A DNA stretch of 64,000 nucleotides. Source: Candidatus Latescibacterota bacterium (lineage in GTDB: Bacteria; Latescibacterota; UBA2968). Position numbers and translations under genes: made by a program. The stretch spans positions 4,800,001 through 4,864,000 of the forward strand of contig OZ240241.1 in assembly GCA_965198115.1 (NCBI GenBank). Direction: 5' to 3'. Below the pieces are notes generated by a model. The model was not told where the DNA came from, made no database searches, and saw only the letters and a program-made list of their open reading frames with translations. The number at the start of each line of letters is the position of its first letter. The stretch's first letter is position 1. Shown piece after piece: positions 43,291 to 53,924 of this stretch.

Positions 43291-44710
43291 GGCTCTATCC
43301 GGGTTTCTCAACGGTGAAACTATAGAATGACAAGGTCATAGATCGTTCCCTACGCTTGGTTGTGTGTGTAGGACAATCAAAGCGAAGGGGGTGCGACCTA
43401 TGACCGGGAGCAGATTACTATCGAAACTGCTGAGATTCAAGGGGTTCCGTGTTGTCAGCTGGTGGTTTGAGGGGAGAAGCTGTTTCGTCATCGCCGTAAA
43501 GCCACATAAGAATGGTTGTTGTTGTCCGGAGTGCGGCCGTCGAGGTAAAATCGTCCGCACAATGCCCCATCCGCGTCGGTGGCGTGACATTCCGGTGTGC
43601 GGGTGGAGGGTCTGGCTTCTCTACCATCCTCGGGAGATTCGGTGTCCTACCCACGGTCGTGTGGTCGAGGAGATTCCGTGGGCGGAGCGGTTCTCTCGGG
43701 TGACGTATCGCTTCGAGTATGCCATGCTGCGCTACTGCCAGACCATGACGCAGAAGGCGGCGTCCGAGTTACTGCGCATCTCTGCCTCGACGCTGTCGGA
43801 TCTCCTTCACCGATCCATCACGCGGCTTCGTGAAGGTCATCGTATCCGAGGGCTCAAAACCATCGGGATCGACGAGATCTCCTACGCCAAGCGTCACAGG
43901 TACGCCACGCTCGTTTACGATCTGGACCGCTCCTGCGTGGTGTGGGTTGGCCGCGGCAGGGCGCGTAAAACGATCGATCGGTTCTTCACAGAGGCTCTCA
44001 GTCCCTACCGGAGATCCAAGATCGAGTGGGCCTGCTGCGACATGAGCGAAGCTTACATCGGAGCCATCCAGGAACACTGTCCGAATGCCAAGCTGGTCCT
44101 CGATCGCTTTCACATCGTCAAGGCTCTCAATGCCGCCGTTGACGAGGTCCGTAAGGACCAGTGGCGTAAAGCTGCCCGGATGAGCGCAAAGCCATGAAGG
44201 GCCTCCGATGGCTCCTCTACCGGCACTCAGCGACACGCTCCAGAGGGGATACTCGGACACTCAAAGCACTGGAGAAGGCGAACTACCGAATCTATAGAGC
44301 CTGGAGACTCAAGGACGAGTTCGAGCAGTTCTGGGAATACAAAGCGCCCTGGGCTGCCGAACGCTTCCTGAAATGCTGGACGACGTCCGCACTCAGAAGT
44401 CGACTTGAACCCCTGCGAAAGTTCGTCAGGACCCTGCGACAGCACTTCTTCGGCGTCCTCGCATTCGTGAACACGCGTCTTACCAACGCCATCGCCGAAG
44501 GCCTCAACCGAATCGTCCAAATCGTCAAGAACCGAGCCAGCGGATTCCGCACACTCGACGCATTCAACGATATGATCTTCCTTACCGTCGGAGACATAAA
44601 CATCCCTGAGCAGATTCCGAAGAGGTTCCGCACACTCTAACCGCGCCCCCCATGCCAGGAACCACGGCACCTTCACCCACTTCATCTCGTTGAGAGATCC
44701 GGATATAGCC
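43291..44710 (+). mobile_element. ISL3-family copy 2 (same frameshift as copy 1)
   Basis: Near-identical to 33726-35144. Flanks CTTAAAAG and TTTTTTCT do not match each other. Confidence 0.95.
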
Positions 44711-44781
44711 TTTTTTCTTAGCCCCGGTGGCTCCGGGAGCCAGATTTTTCCGATCGATCGGAAAATTAACTTGGAGGACAA
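44711..44781 (-). pseudogene. Displaced 5' end of the radical SAM gene at 53908-55005
   Basis: ...LPEPPGLRKK joins in frame to HLQVLRDQ through the shared 8-mer AGAAAAAA. Confidence 0.65.
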
Positions 44782-44830
44782 AAATTCGCAGGGGGGCTCG
44801 TCGGACGACTAGATACGATAGACTGACACG

Positions 44831-45742
44831 TCAGTCGACGACGATGGGTTGCTTGATGTCCCTGCCGTCGAACGTGCGAGTGAGGGCGGTTTCCAGTTGC
44901 GTGAGTGTCCCGTCGTCGATGCTGCCACCGGGGTGGCGAACGCGACTGGATGACATAAGACCGCGCTGGCGGAAGATGTCCTTCCGGATGGCGACGCCGG
45001 GTTGGCCTTCGAAGACGATGAGGGGAAGGTAGCGTGTGTAGATGTCCATCACTCGACCGTGATCGTCGTTTCTCGCGGCGGCGACCATGGCCATCAGCAC
45101 CTCGGGGAACGCGAAGCCGGTCATGAATCCGTCTGCCCCTCGGGCGAGTTCGTATCCGCCGTAAAGGGCGCCGAGGCCTGTGAGGATGGGCAGCCTCCGA
45201 GTGGTCATCCCGGCGATCAGAGCGGCGACACGCGCGGGAGACGGAACGGCTTCCTGTTTGATGCAGGCGACGGCCTCGATCTCGGCGACCATTCGCAGGA
45301 CCAGGTCGAGCGGCATGTGAACCTGTGTGCTGATCGGATGATCCTGGAGGACGATGGGAAGTTCAATGGCGTCCGCAATGCGGGCGAAGTGCTCGTAGAT
45401 GCGTTGCGCATTTGGCGTCGGCTCTCGGTGGGGGGTGACCATGACACCCTTCGCTCCGAGGGCGTGAGCGGTCCGGCTCAGATCGATCGTGGCCTGGGTG
45501 CCGCTGTGACTCGTGCCGACGACGACGGGGATCCGATCATCTGCTGCTGCGACTGCGGTTTCTATCAGTCTCGATCGCTCGGCGTCGACCATCCGGTTCG
45601 CTTCGCCCAGCACACCGAGGATGGTGACGCCATCCACGCCGAGATCGACCATAAAGCGAATGATGTTCGCGAACGCTTCAGCGTCGAGCGATTCGTCTTC
45701 GTTGAAGGGCGTGGGGAGGATGGGGTAGACGCCGGTGAACAT
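44831..45742 (-). CDS. Dihydrodipicolinate synthase family aldolase/dehydratase
   Basis: GVYPILPTPF, LGVLGEA, IPVVVG, CIKQE Schiff-base Lys, GADGFMTG. Confidence 0.9.
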   Translation of the reverse strand: MFTGVYPILPTPFNEDESLDAEAFANIIRFMVDLGVDGVTILGVLGEANRMVDAERSRLIETAVAAADDRIPVVVGTSHSGTQATIDLSRTAHALGAKGVMVTPHREPTPNAQRIYEHFARIADAIELPIVLQDHPISTQVHMPLDLVLRMVAEIEAVACIKQEAVPSPARVAALIAGMTTRRLPILTGLGALYGGYELARGADGFMTGFAFPEVLMAMVAAARNDDHGRVMDIYTRYLPLIVFEGQPGVAIRKDIFRQRGLMSSSRVRHPGGSIDDGTLTQLETALTRTFDGRDIKQPIVVD

Positions 45743-45772
45743 GCAAGCCTCGTGGACGGTAGACAGTGGACG

Positions 45773-46165
45773 TTACGGATTGATGATTTTGAGTCCCAAA
45801 TGTGTGGAGAAAGCGGAGTAGTAGCGATCGCAGTGGAGTAGGCCGATTCCCGTGTCAATGCAGAACGTCGCAATTAGACAGTCGACCGTGCTTCGTACCG
45901 TTAATCCCCTCGCGCGAAGTGTCCTGTAGTTCCTCGCAGACTTCACGGCTGTGGCGAGGTCGGTTTCGAAGATACTTAGCTTGGTCAGCTGTCGATAGAT
46001 CCGATTGGCTTCCCGATCTGACGCGGCTCCCTGAAGGCATTCACAAACGATCAGATCCAAAGACGCGAGGGGCTCGATTTGCAGGTTTTCATCGAGCCAT
46101 TGCGTGTGCGCGGTTTCGGTGCCTCGAAAGAAGTCGATCCAGACGGACGTATCGACAAGGGTCAA
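45773..46165 (-). CDS. vapC: PIN-domain toxin VapC
   Basis: LVDTSVWIDF, E.LQG, STVDCLIA, LLHCDR. Confidence 0.92.
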   Translation of the reverse strand: MTLVDTSVWIDFFRGTETAHTQWLDENLQIEPLASLDLIVCECLQGAASDREANRIYRQLTKLSIFETDLATAVKSARNYRTLRARGLTVRSTVDCLIATFCIDTGIGLLHCDRYYSAFSTHLGLKIINP

Positions 46166-46359
46166 AAGCGACTCTTTCTCATGTCATCGAGGTCGCCTTC
46201 CCACTGGATTTTGCCTTTCAGCCTTCGGATGTCACCTTGGGCCTGAATTCTCACCAACGCTTTTAGGCCTTCCTCAACAACTGCCCGCTTGGTCTTAAGC
46301 CCCGTAGCTTTCATCGCTCTGGTCATAAGATCGTCGTCGATCACGATGTTCGTTCTCAT
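46162..46359 (-). CDS. vapB: Antitoxin VapB
   Basis: MRTNIVIDDDLM..A...TG.KTKRAVVEEGL...WEGDLD.MR. Overlaps vapC by 4 nt. Confidence 0.93.
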   Translation of the reverse strand: MRTNIVIDDDLMTRAMKATGLKTKRAVVEEGLKALVRIQAQGDIRRLKGKIQWEGDLDDMRKSRF

Positions 46360-46463
46360 TCGCTATCCTAAAAATGTGTATTAATTTGAAATCCATGTGT
46401 ATTGAATGTAGCGAATCGGAGTGGTTGCGACAAGTTGTTCTCTCTCGTGCGCACGTAGCACGA

Positions 46464-48429
46464 TCAATAAACACGGATTCGGTTGTCGGTCGTGCCTGTT
46501 GCGATGTCGATCATCAACCAGAAGCCGGCGACGACAATCTGGCCGATGATGACGCCATAGGCTATGGGCCTGGATCGATCGTAGGCGCGCAGGCCACCCG
46601 CGCGGATGACGATGGACTTGAGCGCCCAGGCGACAAGGAACGGAAACCAAAGGGAGGTCATGATCCAGGCGGGGCTGACCATGTAGCCCAGCGGATGGAG
46701 CGGCCACCAGGTGAACCGATACGTCGCGAACGTAAGGAGCCCCATGACGGCCGCGCCGACACCGGTCCACATCCAGCCACCTGTGTTCGGCTGGGTCGGG
46801 TTTTGCATTTTGAGTGACGCAAGGTCGGGTGCGTATTTGGCGAAGCCCTGGAAGTACTGCTGATGCAGGTTGGCAGCGCCGTAGGCGTGTCCGAGCGAGA
46901 TCATGACGGTCACCGAGACGACGAGACTGAGGACCATCGCGCCGAGCAAGGCCCCGAAGTGCGGGCCTCGCGAACGGACCTCCTCGTCGTGGGCAACGCG
47001 GACCGCGTGAGCAACGGGCGCCATCATGAAGGAGAGGAGGTCGCCGACCCACACGAGAGTGAATGACAAGGCGACAAGGCCGGCCGTGCCGATGGCGTCG
47101 GTCCCGAAGGCCGACAACGTGAATCCGAGGGGGATCATGGCGGGGACGATCGTTGCCAACCCGCCGTCAACGATGGCGCGGGTGAGTGACATGAAGATGA
47201 CCAGGGCACTGACGATGACGGCGAACGCGATCCAGATGGGCAGCCCGGCTCGCGTCATCCATCCAACCAGGATGGAGAACCCGATCAGTAGGCCCAGAAC
47301 GGCCGTGCAATCACGTACGATTTCTCGGCCATCGTCGATGTTCCCACGCGCGCGGCGATACACGTCTCGCAGGTGGTCTCGTGCCGTCCATAATCCGAAG
47401 CCCACGAAAACCAGCATTGCGCCCATGCTCTGGTGTGAGAAGATCGGGTCGACCTGCCCGGAACCTGTTCAGGGCCCGAGCTTCTCGTTGTTGTAGATCC
47501 CGAGGATATCGCACGCGCCCTGTGCAAACTCGTGGAGCAGGTAAAAGACCCACAGGCTGAAGCTGAGGCGTGTGTTGACGAGATAGGCGAATCCGAGCAT
47601 CAGCGGATTGAGACGGAGTCGCAGATTGACTCGGTTCCGGAGGGTGACGAGGCGAGGGGCCTGGATGAACAGCTGCGGAAAGGTCGGAAAGTAGACGTGC
47701 AACGCCTCCAGCGAGCCGATCAGGAAGGGGAAGACGAACCCGGACCAGACTGCCTTCGACCGGAAGAATGGCGGGATCCGTCGATCGTCCACTTCAGCCA
47801 TCGCGAGTGGGACCTGCATCACGGGGTAAGGCAGCCGTTCGCGCTCCATCCATTGGCGACGCAGGATGACCATGAGAGACAGGATGGTGGTCCAAAGGGC
47901 GAGCAGCAGGATGAGCCAGCCTAGAAGCGGCTTCACCCAGGATGACCAGATGGCGGCTTCGCCTCTCGGTACCCCCTCATAGAAGGTGGCGCAGCCCATC
48001 GCTTGGTCCCACGACGATCCAGTCCTTCGTGTAGGGCAAGATGAGATCCGCCCATTGGTTCTCGGCCGTCGCGTAGTAATGAGGGCCGCTGATCATAGAC
48101 AGCATGACACCCGTGACACCCCGCGTGGGGATCGCCGTCGCGACCATCATCATGGCGAAGATGACGAGGAGTTCCGGCTTGTTCAGGGCAGCGGATGTCG
48201 AGGATCGGCGCAGGAAGGGGTTGATGAAGAGGACGAGGACGAAGAAGAGAAAGAAGGCTGCGGGGGTGAGGCTCGACAGACCGAGGCGACTGCCTTTGAC
48301 GAGCATCTCGTTGTAGGGGGTCATCACAGCGATGACCGCGACAAAAGTTGCACCGGTTAGGAGCGCACCAGGCCGAATGCGCGAGGTCTGAGGTTCGGGC
48401 CGTGGATGCTCGGTCAGTGGGAGGGCCAC
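46464..48429 (-). pseudogene. DUF6785/DUF6784-like polytopic membrane protein split by two frameshifts (~47990, ~47470)
   Basis: Consecutive ORFs with ELLVIFAM, RRQWMERERLPYP and WWPLHPLGY motifs. Confidence 0.8.
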
Positions 48430-48433
48430 GCGC

Positions 48434-48805
48434 TCACGTCTCCGATGATCTGTGGCGCCGATAGGCGACCGAGTAAATGGCGAAGTTGATTAGGAGCAGC
48501 GCGAATCCGAGGAACAGTTGGACGTTTCGCGTTAGGTCGGCCGGATAGATGATCGGCAACAGGTAGTGTCCGATAAAACTCTCCGAGTAGACGGACGAAC
48601 CGCCTGCGCGTCGGAGCGCATTCTCCAGCGGCGTGAGCGGACAGAGCCATCCGAAAAACTCGAGCATCCCGCCCCATACGACAGCAGGAAGGTGAACCCA
48701 CGGCAGCCACCGCCATCGGAGAACGAGCACGCCACCGAGAACGACGAAGACGATGAAAGTGAGATGCAGGAGTACGACGGCATCGGCGAGGGCCTGGTAG
48801 AGCAT
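48434..48805 (-). CDS. DUF2784 domain membrane protein
   Basis: LADAVVLLHL.FI.F, HLPAV.WG, CPLTPLEN.LR, FI.HYL.PIIYP. Confidence 0.92.
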   Translation of the reverse strand: MLYQALADAVVLLHLTFIVFVVLGGVLVLRWRWLPWVHLPAVVWGGMLEFFGWLCPLTPLENALRRAGGSSVYSESFIGHYLLPIIYPADLTRNVQLFLGFALLLINFAIYSVAYRRHRSSET

Positions 48806-48846
48806 TGGCGGACAGAAGTTTCAGACTACGAGGAAACTGGCCGTGA

Positions 48847-49245
48847 TCACGATTCGTAGTGCTGACCGAACGCGATGAGGTAGCCGTCGGGATCGCGAAC
48901 CGCGAACTCTTTCATATCGTACTCTCGCTGAATGCAAGGCGCGTATTCGATTCGCGCGCCGTTCGCTTTGACCTCCGAAAAGAGCACGTCGGCATCGTTG
49001 ATCCAGACGTAGGCGTCCCAGTGTTCTTCCTGGTTGCCATTGGGGGTGACGGCGGCGCCTTCGAAGACTTCCTTGAGCATAAAGATGAATCCGTCGCGAG
49101 ACGGCATGGCGAAACTGGGCGGATCGCCCCAGAGCTTCGGCTTGTTGAACCCGAGGACCTTGTGATAGTAGTCGAGCGATTCCACTAGGTTTCGTACGAA
49201 AAAGAAGGGGGCCGTTCCCTTGAACTGCGTCTCGGGCGAAGCCAT
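48847..49245 (-). CDS. VOC/glyoxalase/bleomycin resistance family protein
   Basis: SLDYY.KVLGF and MKEFAVRDPDGYLIAFGQ. Confidence 0.9.
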   Translation of the reverse strand: MASPETQFKGTAPFFFVRNLVESLDYYHKVLGFNKPKLWGDPPSFAMPSRDGFIFMLKEVFEGAAVTPNGNQEEHWDAYVWINDADVLFSEVKANGARIEYAPCIQREYDMKEFAVRDPDGYLIAFGQHYES

Positions 49246-49285
49246 CGATTTTCCTCCGGATGTGTACGTGTCGTTTCTCGGCCCT

Positions 49286-50407
49286 TCACTTCGTGTCGAG
49301 TTTCAGCACGCGGGCGGCCGTTTCCCCCATGATGGCGGAAAGCGCGTCCTCGTTCAAGAATGCGCAATCCTTCTCGATCCACCTGCGGGATTGCCGGTAG
49401 GTGCAGAAGCGGTTCTGGAACGGCATGTCGGTGCCCCACATCAGTCGATTCGGACCGACGCGCTCGACCATTTCTTCCACGACCGGCCACAACTCGCGAT
49501 ACGGGTAGTCGAACCAATCGCCGAGGCGAACGGGCAAGCAGAGCTCGAGGTAACAGTTCGTGTGGGTGAAGGGTTCCCACACTGCTTCCGGTATGACGAT
49601 GCGATCGTTCTCGCGCATCAGTCGATAGGGAAAGCCGTGGGTGAGGCCGCAGGGCGTATCGGGATACCGTTCCATCCAGCGCATCAGGATCCGTTGCTGT
49701 TCGATGTAGCCTTCGATGTGACCGGCCGTGCTGGCATCGCTCGCGCGGTTGGTTCCGAGAGTGAAGAAGACGGGGAGATCGAACGCCGCGGCGGCTTCCC
49801 AGAACGGACGATACGGACCGTCGTCCCACGCCTCATTGCAGTGGAGATAGGCCAGGTCGGGAATGAACTTGATGGCGTGTAACCCGTGCGTCCGAATAGC
49901 GACTGCCAGTTTATCGATGACGGCGTCCGTTTCTGCGACAATGCGCCACTCGTCGACCGGGGCCATCGAACGAAGTCGATCGGGGTAGGCCCTCACGCAT
50001 TCGGCCTGAAATTCACTCGCGCGGCCGAGCGTGGGATCGGTGTGTAACAGCGCGACATCGACACCGGCATAGTCCATTTCGGCGATCAGGCTGTGAGGGG
50101 TGAATTCGAGATTGCGAAGGTTGGGGGGCATCCAGTATTTGGTGTAGTCCTGGCCGTCGATCGTCCAGACGACGCGCCCGCGGTCGTGATCTGCGCGAAA
50201 CACCACGTCGGGTAGATCGTCAAGGTCGTTAAAGCCACCGGGTGCGAGCGCCGCCGCGTCGGCCGACGAGCGATCCGACAGCCGCATCGCGGGCTGGTGA
50301 TGGCCTGCATTCGCGGTCTGCAACCAGTTGAGATGTTCGGCTGAGCTCGCGTGTCCGGCCGGGGTGTCAGCTGGTGTGAAGCAGTATGCGTGAGCGTCGA
50401 CGATCAA
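49286..50407 (-). CDS. Amidohydrolase family protein (Amidohydro_2-like)
   Basis: IVDAHAY, EMDYAGVD, GPNRLMWGTDMP, IMGETAARV. TTG start. Confidence 0.85.
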   Translation of the reverse strand: MIVDAHAYCFTPADTPAGHASSAEHLNWLQTANAGHHQPAMRLSDRSSADAAALAPGGFNDLDDLPDVVFRADHDRGRVVWTIDGQDYTKYWMPPNLRNLEFTPHSLIAEMDYAGVDVALLHTDPTLGRASEFQAECVRAYPDRLRSMAPVDEWRIVAETDAVIDKLAVAIRTHGLHAIKFIPDLAYLHCNEAWDDGPYRPFWEAAAAFDLPVFFTLGTNRASDASTAGHIEGYIEQQRILMRWMERYPDTPCGLTHGFPYRLMRENDRIVIPEAVWEPFTHTNCYLELCLPVRLGDWFDYPYRELWPVVEEMVERVGPNRLMWGTDMPFQNRFCTYRQSRRWIEKDCAFLNEDALSAIMGETAARVLKLDTK

Positions 50408-50626
50408 TCTTCTCTCCTCGTTTGTCAGAGTCTTGTCCGATAGTATCGCCCCGAGTCGATGATTTGTCGAGGATGTGAGGATAGTTCGATTGCTTCGCGC
50501 CGCCAGACTTTGGAGGATTATGAAATGTCGTCCCCAGAAACTTGCAGCATCCTGAAGCGATTACGCGTGGGTCTTGGCTTACTGTTCTGTCTGCGTCGGC
50601 ACGACTTTCGAGCGGCCGGGACATTC

Positions 50627-52057
50627 ATGAGCACGTTTTATGGCGGGCGTGTCTTGCCTGTTCGTGTTCTTCGGATGTGGGGATGGGCTCTGGGTCAAAT
50701 GTTTGGAGAGATTCCTCGTGCGCTGGCGTCTGTCACGTTCGACAAAGAAGTGTCCCGGACGCCGATCTGGCTTGCCGAGGGGAACCGGTTGGCAAACCAT
50801 CCGTGGGAGAAAGATCCACAGACCGAGCTACCCGAATCGGTGGACGCCGTCATCATCGGCGCCGGGATGACTGGAGCGGGCTGCGCTTATCATTGGTCAA
50901 AACAGGCCGATGCCGAAACCGCCGCCGTGTTGGAAATGCACGATCCCGCGTGGGGCGCGAGCGGACGGAACGAAGGCCTCGTGGTGATGGGGCGCTACTT
51001 TGCGATGGTGCGTGACACGGTGCGTCCCCACCTGGAAAAGGTCCGATCGGATCTGGATGCGGACAGTCGGACCCACCTGGCGGAGCAGTTTGCGGCTGCC
51101 TACACACGTAGCGCCTACAAGAACGCCGATCTGATCGAACAGACGATTCGCGAAGAGGGGTTCGACTGCGATTACGCGCGCGAGGGTTGGATCCAGGCAA
51201 GAGCCAGGGCGGATCAGGCGTCGTTGAGAGAATCGGTTGAAGCCGGATACGCACACGGGTTCGAAGACTGGACGTCGATGGCGCCGGAGGAGGTGCGCGA
51301 ATCGGGTGGGATGATCGTGGATGCGCCGGCTGGATTTTCCAAGCGGGCAGCTTCTTTCCATCCGGCGAAGTGGGTGTGGAGCCTGTTGGAGAAGGCAATG
51401 GAACGGCCGAATGTCCGACTCTTCACGCGAACGCGTGTGACCGGTGTCGAGCGAGACGGCGACGACTATCGCGTCCACACCAATAGGGGTGTCGTTCTGG
51501 CGCGATCGGTGATTAACGCGATCGAGTCGCACACGGCTTCGCTGCACGAGCGATATGGCGAGTTCATCTATCCCAGACAGACGCAGGCCGCGTTCGGAGA
51601 TGGTGGCCCGAGCACAATGAAACCGCACATCGGGTTGAGTGGGATGCAGGGCTGGTTCGGCCGTCACTGGGGAGGCGTGATGGTAGGGTCGGATAATACG
51701 CGGATACCGGCGCGTCGGGCTAATTGCATCAACCCATCGCGATTCATCACCGGCTTCTTACTGGGGCAATTGCAGAGACACTTCGGCCGGAGTCGAGTTC
51801 ATATCACGCACGAGTGGAGCGGGACGCCCGGGTTCACGGATGATGAGTTTCCGGTGGTCGGTGTACTCGATGATCATCGGCAGTATGTGATCGGGGGGAT
51901 GTGTGGGTCAGGGACCGCGGTTTCGTTCAACGGTGCCCGACACGTGGTGCAGAAGACGCTCGGGTTGGAGGGGCCGGACGACTATCCGGAAGCATATTTC
52001 GCCCCGAGCCGTCTGCTGGACCCGGAAAACCACGACTGGCCAAACATCGCAGACTGA
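50627..52057 (+). CDS. FAD-dependent oxidoreductase (DAO/PuuB-like)
   Basis: IIGAGMTG, GASGRNEG, FHPAK, WSGTPGFT.D.FPVVG, GMCGSG. Confidence 0.88.
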   Translation: MSTFYGGRVLPVRVLRMWGWALGQMFGEIPRALASVTFDKEVSRTPIWLAEGNRLANHPWEKDPQTELPESVDAVIIGAGMTGAGCAYHWSKQADAETAAVLEMHDPAWGASGRNEGLVVMGRYFAMVRDTVRPHLEKVRSDLDADSRTHLAEQFAAAYTRSAYKNADLIEQTIREEGFDCDYAREGWIQARARADQASLRESVEAGYAHGFEDWTSMAPEEVRESGGMIVDAPAGFSKRAASFHPAKWVWSLLEKAMERPNVRLFTRTRVTGVERDGDDYRVHTNRGVVLARSVINAIESHTASLHERYGEFIYPRQTQAAFGDGGPSTMKPHIGLSGMQGWFGRHWGGVMVGSDNTRIPARRANCINPSRFITGFLLGQLQRHFGRSRVHITHEWSGTPGFTDDEFPVVGVLDDHRQYVIGGMCGSGTAVSFNGARHVVQKTLGLEGPDDYPEAYFAPSRLLDPENHDWPNIAD

Positions 52058-52099
52058 GGCACTCACGTACCCTGGTCTTCTTTTTACGAGGATGGTCCA

Positions 52100-52594
52100 A
52101 TGGATCCGCTTTCACTGTTTGGAATGCAGTTCACGCTCTCGTTGGTCATCTTTGCCCTGATCTCGAAGTGGTATATCTCGCCGGCGCTCGACAAGCGTTC
52201 AACAGAGGATGCGCTCGTCCCGCTTTTCCTCGTCCACACGCTTCGTTATCTGCCGTCGAGCGGTTTTGCGCCAGGACAGCTCGACCCGGAGATTCCAATG
52301 GCGGCGATGTCGAGGATCGCCTACGGTGACCTCGCTTCGGCCGTTCTGGCGTTGGTGGCTGTTCTGTTTCTCAGGTTCCGCTGGCCTGCGGCAACGGCAG
52401 TCGCGTGGGTCGTCAACATTCTAATGAGCCTGGACTGGCTCTACGCGACGAGGCTCGCCGCATCGAACGAGCTGGTGACCTACGAGATGGGTGGGAACTG
52501 GTACATCGTCAGTTACTACGTTCCGGTTCTCGCGGTTGTGCACGTCATGATTTTTCAACGCCTATTCAGAGGCCGTCGCTCGTTTACGACCTAG
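52100..52594 (+). CDS. Hypothetical integral membrane protein
   Basis: 164 aa with about five TM helices. GAGG RBS. Confidence 0.75.
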   Translation: MDPLSLFGMQFTLSLVIFALISKWYISPALDKRSTEDALVPLFLVHTLRYLPSSGFAPGQLDPEIPMAAMSRIAYGDLASAVLALVAVLFLRFRWPAATAVAWVVNILMSLDWLYATRLAASNELVTYEMGGNWYIVSYYVPVLAVVHVMIFQRLFRGRRSFTT

Positions 52595-52753
52595 CCCCGC
52601 CAGGCATTCCGTCAATACGGAACCCAACGTCCTATGCCCGATGAACTCGATCGGGAAAGCGGAAACTGTAGAGGTGTGTTGCAGGAGAGGCGGCGCAATC
52701 CGTGTTGCTGCGGGAATGAGGAGAGCCTTCGAACTGCAAGGTTAGCTCGAAGA

Positions 52754-52966
52754 TTACTTCCGTAGCTCGGGTGTGTGGAGGGGATTGGCTCGGTTGTCGG
52801 GCATCAACAAGCGTACGTCAAGAAAGTCGGCGTGCGCGACGTAGGTCATGGTGCCCTTTCTCCGCACGGCTTTCATGAGAATAGCACGCAGCAACCTGCT
52901 GCCGGTGCGAAACGGGCCAAGGGTGCTCGTCAAGATGCGGAATGCGGCCAATCTAAGCGGCGTCAT
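52754..52966 (-). CDS. Small basic hypothetical protein
   Basis: MTPLRLAAFR... overlaps the stop of the upstream gene, as in an operon. Confidence 0.4.
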   Translation of the reverse strand: MTPLRLAAFRILTSTLGPFRTGSRLLRAILMKAVRRKGTMTYVAHADFLDVRLLMPDNRANPLHTPELRK

Positions 52967-53924
52967 CAACACGCTGGGCGATCCCCTTCCTGTCGAGCCA
53001 TTCTGCGGCGAGAAGGTAGTCCGTGCCAAGGGGAATACAGTATCTGTCATCCATCCACAACGGATTGATGACGACGTTCTTTTCTAGTCCGTTCAGCAGT
53101 CTGTCGAAAACGGGCGAATCCAAATAGGCGAGGCCGAATGGATAGAGGAACTGGGTTCGACGCGAAGTCGTTGACCAATCGTACAAGCCGTCCTCATCCA
53201 CGATCTGGTCCAGATAGGCCGCACAGGCCATCATGGAATCCATGACACTCGAACAACCTGTAAGGCGATGATATCCGGCCAGTAGCGACAGAGTGATCGT
53301 CGCATAGCCGACGTCCGGCCCGTCGTATTCCCCATAGCACCCGCTGTCGAGCTGGTGTTTCACGATCTTCTCGAACTTTTCCCGCGCACCTTCACGGTAT
53401 TTTTCATCGCCGGTGATGTTGGCGATACACTCCAATGCCTGGCAAGCACCAGCCATCTGATTCGCGACTGCCACGTTGTCGTTTCGCATCAGCCAATCGC
53501 TTGTTGTGCGGAAATCGATCTCGCACGGACCGTCCAGACGGATCCAAGCATCCGCCACTGCCTGTGTCGACATGGCAGTTGCACAGAACGACCGTTCATA
53601 CGGGTAAACTTCGTTCAGCGACCCGTCTTGATTGCGAATAGAAGCCCAATAGCGCACCGCATCGGACACGAGCTGTCTCAATGCCGGTTCGGCGTTGACC
53701 CTGAGTTGGGGCAGCGCTACGGCAAAGAATCGGACGGCTTCCTGAAAGCGCGCGTTGGCTACATCGTGTAGCCTGTAACACCAGTAGTAGCGATCGAAAC
53801 ACCCGTCCGTCTGCCCCGTGCCCGTTCGATCGCACAGGCCGAGCAACCGCTCGCTCAGAACCAGCGCCTTCGACCTTAGCAGTGTACTGGTTTCGAGGGA
53901 ATCTATGTCAGGGGAACTTGGCAT
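52953..53924 (-). CDS. (alpha/alpha)-barrel protein, prenyltransferase/AglQ-like
   Basis: GCFDRYYW, NQDGSL.E.YPYERSF.ATA, QLDSGCYGEYDGPDVGY repeats. Confidence 0.65.
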   Translation of the reverse strand: MPSSPDIDSLETSTLLRSKALVLSERLLGLCDRTGTGQTDGCFDRYYWCYRLHDVANARFQEAVRFFAVALPQLRVNAEPALRQLVSDAVRYWASIRNQDGSLNEVYPYERSFCATAMSTQAVADAWIRLDGPCEIDFRTTSDWLMRNDNVAVANQMAGACQALECIANITGDEKYREGAREKFEKIVKHQLDSGCYGEYDGPDVGYATITLSLLAGYHRLTGCSSVMDSMMACAAYLDQIVDEDGLYDWSTTSRRTQFLYPFGLAYLDSPVFDRLLNGLEKNVVINPLWMDDRYCIPLGTDYLLAAEWLDRKGIAQRVDDAA